A stretch of 64,000 nucleotides of DNA, taken from the NCBI GenBank assembly GCA_963667785.2, contig CAXXMU010000006.1:1141779-1205778 (forward strand), given 5' to 3'. Source of the stretch: Alphaproteobacteria bacterium (lineage in GTDB: Bacteria > Pseudomonadota > Alphaproteobacteria > UBA828). This document shows, piece after piece, positions 18,110 through 27,395 of the stretch (position 1 is its first letter; each line of letters opens with the position of its first letter). A program made the translations under genes and the position numbers. Below the pieces are notes generated by a model. It searched no databases, had not been told where the DNA came from, and saw only the letters and a program-made list of their open reading frames with translations.

Positions 18110-19588
18110 TCACGGCCCGTCCATCGGCCCGTCGAGTTTGTCGAGGTCCTTTTCCGGGTCGTAGCCGTCGTGAAGGACGCCGCGCCGTTTCATCTCGACC
18201 AGGAAGGCCTCGCGAGAAATCAGCGGCTGGGATCCCTGATCGGGCAGCGCCATCCTGATCAGGTGAGCCACGTCAGATTTGCTGTACCCGATGTCGAATT
18301 CGGTGTGCACCATGACCTCGGCCTTCCAGTCGTCGCCGACATCGAGCCATTTGGCGGTCATCTCGAAAGCGCCTTTGAGCGCGTGCTTGAGCATGAGCAC
18401 CCAGGCATGGATGGCGATATTGGCCTTCTGGGTCGCCGACGCCGCGGACACCACGGTGAGGTTCGGCGCGGGTTGGGTCAGCAGTTGCCGGCCGAGCTCG
18501 CGCAGCTGCTGCACGGTCACGGCGATGTCCTGCTGGAGGAAGGTCAGCGATCCGCCGGCGGGTTCGACGTAGCCCCATTCGCCTTTGCCGTCGAGACCGC
18601 CGCCGCCCCACAGGATCCTGCTCGGCCCGACGACGATTTCCGTGTCCGCGTCCTTCGACATGCCGTTGGCGGCGAGCATGGGGTAGGCCGTCTGGGTGCG
18701 GATGTGCTTGAGGCCGTTCTCCTGTTGGTACAGTTCCACCTGGAGGTGCGCCGCGTTCTTGAGGGGCGCGTCGATCCGCCAGCCCGGGGCTTTGCGCTGC
18801 CCGAATATCACTGGCACGACGGGGATGACGTCGATATCGAGCGGATGGGGGCCCTCCTCGATTTCCCATTCCGAGCCGGCTACGTGCTGGCCGCTCGCGC
18901 CCGGCGTGTCCTTCTTCCTGTACAGCAGCCATTCCGGCGCGCCGTACTCCCTGGTCTCGGGGTCCATCGGGCGCCGCAGCACGCGGATCCGGTCGTCTTT
19001 CTTCTCGGCGAAGCCTTCGCGCTTTGTTGCGGTCTCGGCGAAGCGGATTTCGACGATCTGCTCGACGCCCTTGATCCGGGCGGAGTAGACTGCCAGCACG
19101 TCGGCTGCGTGATAGTGGACCCAGATCGGCCGGGCCCCGAGTTCCTTCTCCTGGGCCACGCTGGCGCCGCGCGGGATGTTGGCGGTGTAGTCGACCAAGA
19201 TCCAGGTGTGGCCGTCGACCATGGCTTGCCGGAACAGGTCGTGCGAGAAGTCATGCACGTCGCTGCCGCGCCCGTCCACGTCCTTCGCGAATTCCACGAG
19301 CTGCTCCGTGGAGTCCTTCTCCATCGTCCATTGCTCGTCGAACGGCTTGAGCGACTGGGTGTCGACGATATCGGCGAACACGTTGGTCATCCGCGCCAGG
19401 CGCAGCCGCCACTGGTAGGATTCCTCCGGCTCGCCCGGCCATTGGGGCAGATACTTCGTCCCGGCCGCGCGCATGCCGTCCACGCCGGCCATGATCGAGG
19501 CCACCATCGTGAGGTAGCCGTCCATGGCGATGCGGTCTCCACTCTTGGTGGAGGGGTCGTCCTTCGTCATTGCCGTCGGAAGGGCCAT
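18110..19588 (-). CDS. portal protein (DUF4055-type)
   Basis: AAGTKYLPQWPGEPEESYQWRL, DVDGRG and IPVVPV motifs; directly downstream of TerL. Confidence 0.8.
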   Translation of the reverse strand: MALPTAMTKDDPSTKSGDRIAMDGYLTMVASIMAGVDGMRAAGTKYLPQWPGEPEESYQWRLRLARMTNVFADIVDTQSLKPFDEQWTMEKDSTEQLVEFAKDVDGRGSDVHDFSHDLFRQAMVDGHTWILVDYTANIPRGASVAQEKELGARPIWVHYHAADVLAVYSARIKGVEQIVEIRFAETATKREGFAEKKDDRIRVLRRPMDPETREYGAPEWLLYRKKDTPGASGQHVAGSEWEIEEGPHPLDIDVIPVVPVIFGQRKAPGWRIDAPLKNAAHLQVELYQQENGLKHIRTQTAYPMLAANGMSKDADTEIVVGPSRILWGGGGLDGKGEWGYVEPAGGSLTFLQQDIAVTVQQLRELGRQLLTQPAPNLTVVSAASATQKANIAIHAWVLMLKHALKGAFEMTAKWLDVGDDWKAEVMVHTEFDIGYSKSDVAHLIRMALPDQGSQPLISREAFLVEMKRRGVLHDGYDPEKDLDKLDGPMDGP

Positions 19589-19642
19589 CGGTGGTGATGG
19601 CTATGGTGCGAGCGGAATCTTTGTCAAGCGGGTGGCGCGCCC

Positions 19643-21103
19643 TTACGCCCGGCTTGCCATTCCTGCGAATTTCCCTTCCGACCGCGATGAGACTTTCGTG
19701 TTGGAGAAAAAGCCGTAGTGACTTTGGCTTGCGCCGGGAGGGCGTCTCAAAAGCGCATCGAAGGCGGTGGACGTGGAATCCGCGTCGTCGTCATGGCCGT
19801 GCCGCTTGGGCGGCGGGAAGTTCTCCAACTCCCGGAACCAGCGCTCGTTCCAGTCGCCGCAGACCACATCCACGTTTCCGGGCTGCGCCTGTGCGGAGAA
19901 CGGCTTGAACCGCGCCACCTTGTCGGTCGACACGGGGCGGAACCGGACGTTGAACCCGGCCAGCTTCCGCGTCAGCGCGACTTTCTGCGACACGCCGGCC
20001 TGGCCGGGGTCCTGCGGGATTTCGATGTCCACCGCCGTTCCGTCCTTCTGCGCGGTCGCGAGGATCATGTCCTCGACCCCGCTGGGCGACAGCCGGTCGA
20101 ACACGTGGTCGGCCACGCAGTACCGCTTCTCCGGGCTGACGCCCATGAGCGTGCCGCAGGTCCAGTCGGGGTCGGTTCCGGGTCTCGGCACCGTTCCGGC
20201 GAGGTCCCAGCCGCGCGCCCAGCGATACCCGTCCGGCCTGTAGTCCAGCATGTGGTCGGCCACCCAGCTCCGCTGGAAGTAATCCCCGCTCGAGGGCCTG
20301 ACGTGCCAAGAGCCGTCAACAAGCTGAGCCTTTTCGAACGAGACGAGGCCGCTCATCATCTTCGCTTCGTAGAGCGGGTCGCTGTCCAGCAGAATCCTGT
20401 TGTCCCGCCAGCTCGCCGCCACGAACGTCAGCGACAGAGGCGGCACGCCCCAGTCCGCGAGGTCCTCGCGCCGATTCGCCCACACGATCTCGTCGCCATC
20501 CCGGACGAACCACCGCAGCATTCCCGACCGCTCCCGTATAGGAAAGCCGGTGTCGGGGTCGATCCACCACTCGATGAGTTTGTGCACCCAAGAGTCGGCC
20601 TCGGGGTTGGTCGTGCCGCGCATGTGCGGCGGCACCCCGGACATGCTCCGGTTCCTCGAGAGCATGTACCAGAACTGCCTCTCCTCGAACGTCGTCAGCT
20701 CGTCGAACCCGACGAACGCGAGCTCGGCACCGCGCCAGTCCATCGCCGCGTCGGGGTGCTCGAGGTGGCCCATCTGCAGCAGGGCGCCGCTCGGAAACCG
20801 CCACTCGTACTGCGGCTTCTCCCGGCTCTCTCCGCCGTAATCGAGAAACACGTCCTTCGACGCGTCCCAAAGCCCGCCGGGCCGCAGGAATTGCGGGCTG
20901 GTCCGCCGGAACAGGACGCCGCGGTACAAGCCGGGGTCGAACGACGCGCCTTCCTGGGGCACCACCCACTGCACGGCAGCCTGCAGAAGCGCCCAAGTCT
21001 TCCCGCTTGCCAACGTGCCGCCGAATATCGCGATGTCCGCCGGCGAGGCGAGAAATTCTTCCTGCGGGCCGGACTGCGGGCGAATGTCTATCTGGCGAGC
21101 CAT
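19643..21103 (-). CDS. terminase large subunit
   Basis: Walker A GTLASGKT, Walker B VGFDELT, GTTNP, nuclease WDLA and HDDDADS. Confidence 0.9.
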   Translation of the reverse strand: MARQIDIRPQSGPQEEFLASPADIAIFGGTLASGKTWALLQAAVQWVVPQEGASFDPGLYRGVLFRRTSPQFLRPGGLWDASKDVFLDYGGESREKPQYEWRFPSGALLQMGHLEHPDAAMDWRGAELAFVGFDELTTFEERQFWYMLSRNRSMSGVPPHMRGTTNPEADSWVHKLIEWWIDPDTGFPIRERSGMLRWFVRDGDEIVWANRREDLADWGVPPLSLTFVAASWRDNRILLDSDPLYEAKMMSGLVSFEKAQLVDGSWHVRPSSGDYFQRSWVADHMLDYRPDGYRWARGWDLAGTVPRPGTDPDWTCGTLMGVSPEKRYCVADHVFDRLSPSGVEDMILATAQKDGTAVDIEIPQDPGQAGVSQKVALTRKLAGFNVRFRPVSTDKVARFKPFSAQAQPGNVDVVCGDWNERWFRELENFPPPKRHGHDDDADSTSTAFDALLRRPPGASQSHYGFFSNTKVSSRSEGKFAGMASRA

Positions 21104-21498
21104 CGCGTGGTGTTTGTCGCCCCGCCGGACTCCTTGTCAAACGCTCCGCACGCCCACCGCCGGCGATGCTCCATCTTTCGCAGCCGCTCGATCAGCTTCG
21201 CGTGCCGGGTCCCTGTCGGCCTGTCCCCCGCATGCCGATACCAGGCGAGCAGGAATCTCAATTCGCGGTCGGGCTCCCTTGCCCTCCGCAGGAGCACCGC
21301 TATCCTCTCGACGAAGTACGGGGGAACGGGTTCGCCGACCATCCAATAGCGTTCAAAGGACGCCCGCACATAGTCGCACTGAAACGCCAGGTCCTGCTCC
21401 TTGCCCTTCCCGTAATCTTCGTCCGGCAACGGCAGCATATCGGGATACCTGTTGATCAGTTCGCCTCGCGTTACCGCACCCCCTTCTCTGCCGCCCAA
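21088..21498 (-). CDS. hypothetical protein
   Basis: PYFVERIAVLLRR motif; upstream of TerL. Confidence 0.45.
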   Translation of the reverse strand: MGGREGGAVTRGELINRYPDMLPLPDEDYGKGKEQDLAFQCDYVRASFERYWMVGEPVPPYFVERIAVLLRRAREPDRELRFLLAWYRHAGDRPTGTRHAKLIERLRKMEHRRRWACGAFDKESGGATNTTRWLAR

Positions 21499-21685
21499 TG
21501 CACAGGCTCCGGGACCAGATCGGTACGGCCCTGCTCGATGGCTTCCCGAACGGAAAGATCGGCCTTGTACAGCCCGATCCAGTCGACACTGAGCGACCGC
21601 TGAAACGATCTGGCGAGATCCTCCACGGCCTCACTGGACAGCACGGGCTTCGCGTTCAGCCATTCAACGAGGCTGTCCGCCTTTC

Positions 21686-22174
21686 TCAACTCTTTCGCCT
21701 GACCGGCCACGGCAGCCCCTCTCGCTCGGCGTAGCGCCGGGCCATGACCCTCGCCGCGGCCCCCTTGTCCCGGTCCGAGAGCCCGACCTCGCGCGCGATC
21801 GACACCCACGTCCGCCCGCCGGACGCCTTCAGCTCGTACGCCCGCCGGCCCTTCTCCGACCTCGGCCGGCCCACCCCGCGCGGCGCACCTTCTTTTTTTG
21901 GGGGAGAAGCACTTTCCGCCCCCTGGCGCGAACCCTCAACCGCCCCCTCCTGAAAGGACGCCTTGACCCGGTCTCGAGCCTCAAGGACCTCCCGATACCA
22001 TGACAGCCTCGGATCCCCACCCCGTGCCGCCCGCTCGGCCAGCTTCTTCGCCCCGGCCGCGTCCCACCCCGGACACCAACGGCTCGCTCCGGCCCAGTCC
22101 GGTCGTCCGAGCTGACCCAGCGCGCCGAGAACCCGATCCGCCGGCGAGCCCTTCGGCGGTGCCGTCCACTCCAT
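21686..22174 (-). CDS. hypothetical protein with C-terminal HTH-like segment
   Basis: AYELKASGGRTWVSIAREVGLS. Confidence 0.5.
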   Translation of the reverse strand: MEWTAPPKGSPADRVLGALGQLGRPDWAGASRWCPGWDAAGAKKLAERAARGGDPRLSWYREVLEARDRVKASFQEGAVEGSRQGAESASPPKKEGAPRGVGRPRSEKGRRAYELKASGGRTWVSIAREVGLSDRDKGAAARVMARRYAEREGLPWPVRRKS

Positions 22175-22188
22175 CGACCCCTCCCGAA

Positions 22189-22253
22189 TATTGTTACCCC
22201 TAAGCCCGAGAATAGTATTGTTACCCCTCCCATGCTAGGATGTTGTTACCCCT
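22189..22253. repeat. three direct repeats T(A/G)TTGTTACCCCT
   Basis: Copies at 22189, 22216 and 22241. Confidence 0.85.
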
Positions 22254-22864
22254 GCGCCGGGATCCACCCCAACCTTCTTCCAGGCGTCAAGCCGGGCCTC
22301 GGCGGCAGGGTAGGGGGTGGCCGGGTTTGCCGAGCTCGGGCGCCATGCGTCGGGCGCCGGTCACCAAACACAAGTTGCGAATCGATGCGCCGATAAGTGC
22401 CATTATGGGAAAGTGTATCAGGCCGGCCAGCAGTATCCGCAAACATTCGCGGGCATAGGGCGCCGACGGTCAAGTACCGGATCGGGCTTCACTGTCGCGA
22501 ATACTGGCGAGGCGCGGCGGTCTCTACTTGGCGTCTACTTGCGGCCGTTATTGCGCGACATGCAGCGGGCGCATTGCCTGGCGCGAGTTGCTCCGCACGA
22601 CGATCGGGCGCGCGAGGAGTCGGGCATGGTGGGCCCCGTATCCCTCAGCGCAGCGCATGGCCACGGCAGGGGCGAGACTGTGCGAGGCGACGCGTGCGGG
22701 CGTGACGCCAGGGCGAGCGGGGCCGGATAGGCGCGTGATGCGAGGCGACGGGGTCCGGGTCCTGCAGGGGCGGCGGGATAGGGCGCGTGGCGCAGGATGT
22801 CGCCGACGGGCGATTGGGGGATGCGGGGCGAGTGTTGCGAGCGTGAGGCGACGCGGGCGCGTCG

Positions 22865-23584
22865 TCACTCGGCGGGAGCGGGCAAGGCGGGCGCGGAGTT
22901 TGGCGCGATCGCATCGGGCGCGTCGGCGGGATCGCTGTCGGGTGGCCGGCGGGCGGGCTCGGCCGTTGGCGTGATGTCGCGGGCCTGAATGGCGGGATCG
23001 TCGACGCTGCGCCGGGCGGGAATGTGGTAGACGCGATGGACCTGCTCGCCTTCATGGCGGACGGTGGACTCCCGGCGGAACGTGCCGGCCTCGAGGTAGC
23101 GGGCAACCTCAAGCTGCAGCTTGGTGTCGTATTCCATGACGGGCACGCGGGAGCCGGCCGGGATGACGGCGCCGCTCGGCAAGGTGATGTCTTCGTCCGC
23201 CTCGATGATGATCGGCTTCCCGTCCCGGTCGACCTTCGGGCAGCCCGTCATGGCGCGATCGTACATGGTGGCGCGGAGCCGCGGGAGTAGCACGGCGCGG
23301 GCGAGCTCGTGCGCATCGTCGAGCGCCTGGGCGAACGTCGGATCCGCGATGCGCGCCTGAGATAGAGCTTGAGGCGATACGCCAGCATGCCGGGCCGCGG
23401 CAGCTTCGGACATGCCGCGCTCTACCGCCCGGCGGGCCCGGTCTTTCCAATTGCCGAGACGATGGAAGCGTGAGCGCTTGAGGCTGCGCCGGCGGGCCGG
23501 CTGGGAGCTCGGCTCGCCAGGCGCAACGGGCTGCGCTGCAGCGCGCGTTGCCGCTTCAATCCCGTCAATTGGCGAATCCGTCAT
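22865..23584 (-). CDS. putative terminase small subunit (HTH)
   Basis: GMSEAAAARHAGVS...DPTFAQALDDA and YDTKLQLEVA, typical of TerS-like proteins; upstream of TerL. Confidence 0.6.
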   Translation of the reverse strand: MTDSPIDGIEAATRAAAQPVAPGEPSSQPARRRSLKRSRFHRLGNWKDRARRAVERGMSEAAAARHAGVSPQALSQARIADPTFAQALDDAHELARAVLLPRLRATMYDRAMTGCPKVDRDGKPIIIEADEDITLPSGAVIPAGSRVPVMEYDTKLQLEVARYLEAGTFRRESTVRHEGEQVHRVYHIPARRSVDDPAIQARDITPTAEPARRPPDSDPADAPDAIAPNSAPALPAPAE

Positions 23585-23690
23585 GGTGCGGCAACGCAAG
23601 CACGATTCGGCACCGCATGTCAAGTGATTAGGCGCCGGCTGGCCTGGCCCAGCGCACGGCAGAAAATTGCGATATGCAGCCATTTTCCTC

Positions 23691-23719
23691 TTGCGTTACA
23701 GGGCCATTGGCCCTAGTAT
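23691..23719 (+). promoter_or_regulatory. sigma70-like promoter TTGCGT-N17-TAGTAT with palindromic operator AGGGCCA-T-TGGCCCT
   Basis: Direct reading of sequence upstream of the clamp gene. Confidence 0.65.
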
Positions 23720-23769
23720 AGTAACGCTGAACAGGGGCAAAGCGCCCCGCTCAAATCGGAGAGAAAACG

Positions 23770-25137
23770 ATGAACGCGATCACCACGATCACCATGGACC
23801 ATAACGACGTTGCCCGCGCCCTGGCCACCGGCAATCTGCCGAGCCCTGTTGCGACGGAAGCCAAGCCGGCGCCGGTCGAGACTCCCGAGCCGATCATGCA
23901 GCCCGCCGCGCCGGGCATGGCCGTTACGACAACGGTCAAAGACTTGCGCGCCGCGCTCATGGCCTGCGGCAAGGTAGTGGCGTCAAGCTCCTACGTTCCG
24001 ATTCTGGAATGCGTGCGGATCGACGCGGCAAGCCATTTCGGAAGCGACTATGTGAGCGTGAGCGGCACCGACATGGACGTCGCGGTCACGGTCACGCTGC
24101 AATCCGAAGTCTATACGGCCGGCGCCGTGATCCTGCCGCTGAAGCCGCTCAAGAAAACGCTGGTAAAGCGCAAGGCCGGCGAGCCGGTCAGCATCGAGGC
24201 GATTCCCGCGGATAGCCCGGACGGCTCGCCAAGCGCGCGCATCACCGTCGGCGAGACCGAATTCCGCATGAGCTCCTACAGCACGGATGAATGGCCGGCC
24301 CCGGCGCCCGCGATCGAGCCGGAGGTAGCGGACATTCCCGGCGCGGCTCTGGCGGGCGCGATCGCCGACGTCGCGGCCGCGCAGTCCACCGAAGAGACTC
24401 GCTATTACCTCAATGGCGTTCTGTTCGAGCGGACCGACAAGGCGTTTCTCCGCACGGCCGCAACGGACGGGCATCGACTCCACGTGCACGATACGGGCTG
24501 GCATTGGCCGGCCATGGGAGTCCAGCGGACGGACGCCAAGACGGGCGAAACGGACCGCGAGCCGCGCGCCATCGTGCCGCGCCTGGCGATCACGGCGCTG
24601 CAGCACCTCTTGAAGGGCGCGACGATCGACCGGGACATCCTGGTTTCGTCCGACGGTCACCGTATGGAATTCGAGGCGGACGGGTGGCGCCTGGCAACCA
24701 AGCTGATCGATGGCAGCTATCCGGACTTTGACCGTGTGATCGGCGCGGCGTTTCCGACCGTGGCGGGCGAAGAGGCGCCGACCGTGCACCATGCCGAGCT
24801 CGAGAACGGGCCGACTCTGGATACGATGCGCGCGATCAAGGCCGCGGCAACGGACCCCTCGCACGCCGCGCGGCTCGATTTCTCGGCGGGCGAGATTCGC
24901 GGCGGCAGCGTCGACTCCGGCAATCACTCGCGGCACCCGCTGGCACGCGTCAATGGCGAGTGCGGAATTGGCGTGATCGGGCTGAATGCGGCCTATCTCG
25001 CCGACGTTGCCGAGCGCTTCGCGGACGTGGAGTCCGCATCGCTCACGCTCACCATGACGGATCCCGGCTCGCCGATAGGCGTCACGTCCGGCTGCAAGCC
25101 GTATTTCACGGCCGTCGTGATGCCCCTGCGCATCTAG
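23770..25137 (+). CDS. dnaN: DNA polymerase III beta sliding clamp-like protein (phage copy)
   Basis: EETRYYLNGVLF, AATDGHRL, KLIDGSYPDFDRVI, GLNAAYL and VVMPLRI motifs. Confidence 0.8.
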   Translation: MNAITTITMDHNDVARALATGNLPSPVATEAKPAPVETPEPIMQPAAPGMAVTTTVKDLRAALMACGKVVASSSYVPILECVRIDAASHFGSDYVSVSGTDMDVAVTVTLQSEVYTAGAVILPLKPLKKTLVKRKAGEPVSIEAIPADSPDGSPSARITVGETEFRMSSYSTDEWPAPAPAIEPEVADIPGAALAGAIADVAAAQSTEETRYYLNGVLFERTDKAFLRTAATDGHRLHVHDTGWHWPAMGVQRTDAKTGETDREPRAIVPRLAITALQHLLKGATIDRDILVSSDGHRMEFEADGWRLATKLIDGSYPDFDRVIGAAFPTVAGEEAPTVHHAELENGPTLDTMRAIKAAATDPSHAARLDFSAGEIRGGSVDSGNHSRHPLARVNGECGIGVIGLNAAYLADVAERFADVESASLTLTMTDPGSPIGVTSGCKPYFTAVVMPLRI

Positions 25138-25141
25138 CGCA

Positions 25142-25223
25142 GCCGAAACCGGGCGCGGTGCGATGGGGCACCGCGTCCGGTCCGGGTGCCGCTGGCCGGG
25201 CGCCCGCTGACGATGGCAGGCCA
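25142..25223 (+). ncRNA. type II hammerhead ribozyme HH1 (predicted cut after C25182)
   Basis: GCC-GAAA-stemIII-GUC-stemI(CGGGUGCC/GGCGCCCG)-CUGACGA-U-GGC; loop I UGGCC is complementary to downstream GGCCA. Confidence 0.85.
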
Positions 25224-25240
25224 CCAAGGGACACCACGCA

Positions 25241-25357
25241 ATGAATCACCTCGAGATCCTGATAGTGCTGGGATTTACCGCCGTCGCGATTCCCTTCGCG
25301 CTCGGCACCGTGCGCGCGCTCGGGCGCCTGCTGCCCATGGAAGGGGAGACAGACTAG
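25241..25357 (+). CDS. 38-aa membrane peptide between HH1 and HH2
   Basis: MNHLEILIVLGFTAVAIPFALGTVRALGRLLPMEGETD. Confidence 0.5.
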   Translation: MNHLEILIVLGFTAVAIPFALGTVRALGRLLPMEGETD

Positions 25358-25433
25358 CCGAAACCGGGCCCCGCGCACCTGGGGCCCGGTCTGGCGGGCG
25401 CTGGCCGGCCCGCCTACTGACGAAGGCAGGCCA
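25357..25433 (+). ncRNA. type II hammerhead ribozyme HH2 (predicted cut after C25391)
   Basis: GCC-GAAA-CCGGGCCCC/GGGGCCCGG-UC-stemI(GGCGGGC/GCCCGCC)-CUGACGA-A-GGC; same loop I GCUGGCCG as HH1. Confidence 0.85.
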
Positions 25434-25455
25434 AGGGACAAGAGGAGTCGAGAGA

Positions 25456-25737
25456 ATGCACGAAGTAGCGCAATACGAAGCTGAGCGCTTTGAAGAGCTT
25501 TGGGCCGATGCTGTCGCGAGCGATAGGCCTGACCGCTGGCAGGGCAAGCCGTACAGGCTGAACTCCGGCCGCTGGGGAACATGGATCCAGCATCCGACCG
25601 GCCAGGGGCCGAAGGTTGGCGATACCGTGACCGTGACCACGCGGCGCGGCAAGCGTTGGGACGCGACGATCACGGGCATCGTCGACCGGTCTATGGCGGG
25701 CGAGCTCGCGGCATCCGTCGTGACCACGGCGCGCTAG
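25456..25737 (+). CDS. hypothetical protein (SH3/OB-like C-terminus)
   Basis: AGAGGAG RBS; PKVGDTVTVTTRRGKRWDATI. Confidence 0.6.
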   Translation: MHEVAQYEAERFEELWADAVASDRPDRWQGKPYRLNSGRWGTWIQHPTGQGPKVGDTVTVTTRRGKRWDATITGIVDRSMAGELAASVVTTAR

Positions 25738-25828
25738 GCAGGGATTCCGGCGGGAAGCGGCCGCCCGCCCGGCCGTTTCACGATGCAATCCCGCATCGCT
25801 GGTCAAGGGACATGAAAGGCCAAGGGAC

Positions 25829-26482
25829 ATGAAACCGAATCCGATCTATGAGAAGTGCCGCGCCGCGAACGGCGAGAAGACCGTCTATGTGAGCCTGACC
25901 GATACCGCGAAGCTGATTCGCGCCACGCTAAAGGCAAAGTTTCCCGACATCAAGTTTTCCGTCCGCTCTGAGCGCTATTCGGGCGGATCCTCGATCCGCG
26001 CCAGCTGGCTTGATGGGCCGCTCGGCTCCGCCGTGCAAGAGGTGATCACGCCCTATGCCGGCAAGGGTTTCGACGGAATGATCGATATGGACTACCTCAA
26101 GGGCGCGTGGCTCTACCCCGACGGCTCCGCCGGGTTTCGCAAGTCGGACGGTACCGCCTACAGCGCCGGCTCTGTCTCCGCCTATCGGCACGCGCCTGCG
26201 AACCCGGACGCCCTGCCGGTCAGTTTCTGGGTGTCCTACGTCTTCGCCGAGCGGCGCATCTCTGCCGGCTACCTCAGCGGCGTTCTCGAGGATTACGCCA
26301 AGGTGTACGGCGATGAGCTCGCCGACGCGATCCGCGCCGGCAAGGTGACCGCAACGGGCGATGACGGGTACGCGCACATGAGCGGCGCGAACGGAATCCG
26401 CGTCGGGAACGATTGGGCCGACGTCGCGATCTATCGCTTTGACCAAGAGCGCGCGGCATTGCTCGCCAGGGTCGCAGCCTGA
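25829..26482 (+). CDS. LPD29-like (large polyvalent protein-associated domain) protein
   Basis: TAKLIRATLKAKFPDIKFSVRSERYSGGSSIRASWLDGP and FDGMID. Confidence 0.7.
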   Translation: MKPNPIYEKCRAANGEKTVYVSLTDTAKLIRATLKAKFPDIKFSVRSERYSGGSSIRASWLDGPLGSAVQEVITPYAGKGFDGMIDMDYLKGAWLYPDGSAGFRKSDGTAYSAGSVSAYRHAPANPDALPVSFWVSYVFAERRISAGYLSGVLEDYAKVYGDELADAIRAGKVTATGDDGYAHMSGANGIRVGNDWADVAIYRFDQERAALLARVAA

Positions 26483-26483
26483 A

Positions 26484-26557
26484 GGCGAAACGGGCCGGCG
26501 GGCAACCCCGCCGACCCGTCGCGCGGCCCTGGCGAGCCGCGCCCGATGAGCCAGCCA
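26484..26557 (+). ncRNA. type II hammerhead ribozyme HH3, U4C core variant (predicted cut after C26520)
   Basis: GGC-GAAA-stemIII-GUC-GCGCGGC/GCCGCGC-CCGAUGA-GCC; stem II covaries (GGC/GCC) relative to the other copies. Confidence 0.75.
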
Positions 26558-26584
26558 AGGGACACCGAAGAGAGGCCAAGGGAC

Positions 26585-26941
26585 ATGAACGCGAACCATC
26601 TTCGCTGCGATACGACGCTGGGCCCGCTATGCGGCGCGCACGGCCGCATGATCCGCTACAGCAAAGCGAATGTCACCTGCAAGCGCTGTCAGGCGATCGC
26701 CGAGAAAACCCCGACGATCGATCCCGAGACCGCGATTTTCCTGCGCCGCGTCGCGCTCGACCTCGCCGAGCGGGGCATCGAGGCACCGACCGAAGCCGAC
26801 ATGATCGACGGCATGCGCCGCACGATCGAGCGCGACGACGAATTGCTCGCGGCGTTCACCCGGGCCAATCCGGACGAGCGCGGCGCGTTCTCCGAGTGGC
26901 TCGCCTCGCGCATCCACCAGCGCATCAACGCCACCGCCTAG
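26585..26941 (+). CDS. hypothetical protein with N-terminal Cys/His cluster
   Basis: HLRC...LCG...VTCKRC. Confidence 0.55.
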   Translation: MNANHLRCDTTLGPLCGAHGRMIRYSKANVTCKRCQAIAEKTPTIDPETAIFLRRVALDLAERGIEAPTEADMIDGMRRTIERDDELLAAFTRANPDERGAFSEWLASRIHQRINATA

Positions 26942-26950
26942 CCAAGGGAC

Positions 26951-27286
26951 ATGAAAGGGACACTGACCATGACCAGCCAAGGGACACCGAACGGAAACGG
27001 AGCGCGCCAGCCGACCAGGGCGCACCACTACATGGCCGACGGCCAGAGCTCGCCGCTTTGGCTTGCCGTCACGGCGCAGACCATGACCGACGTCGGCCGC
27101 GAGCGCCGGCGCTTCGAGGCGCGGGACGGCTCGGCGATCATCGCCACGCCGACGCGCCAGGGCCTCGGCGTGCACCGCGACAAGCTCGAGGCCGCCCGCG
27201 AGCGCTACAGCTTCGGCGCGCTCATCCTGGGCGCGTTCGTCGAGGACGGCCACGGGCTGACCGCGGACGACGCGCTGCCGGCCTGA
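26951..27286 (+). CDS. hypothetical protein
   Basis: ORF with GC-rich third positions between motif clusters; start ambiguous. Confidence 0.55.
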   Translation: MKGTLTMTSQGTPNGNGARQPTRAHHYMADGQSSPLWLAVTAQTMTDVGRERRRFEARDGSAIIATPTRQGLGVHRDKLEAARERYSFGALILGAFVEDGHGLTADDALPA

Positions 27287-27288
27287 CC

Positions 27289-27356
27289 GCCGAAACCGTC
27301 CGGGCCCGGTCAAGGGACGCCGGACGGTCTGCGGGTCGCTCCCGCACTGACGAGGC
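27289..27356 (+). ncRNA. type II hammerhead ribozyme HH4 (predicted cut after C27329)
   Basis: GCC-GAAA-CCGUCCGG/CCGGACGG-UC-UGCGGG/CCCGCA-CUGACGA-GGC. Confidence 0.85.
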
Positions 27357-27395
27357 AACGGCGGATCGCTCCCGCCAGCCAAGGGACATGAAGCC

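Noticed and set aside
17183-21349. Long plus-strand ORFs (804 aa, 543 aa)
   Set aside because: Antisense to scaffold, portal and TerL; high-GC artefacts.
25186-25455. N-terminal extension of ORF 25186..25737
   Set aside because: It runs through HH1/HH2 and the 38-aa peptide; a good RBS supports the start at 25456.
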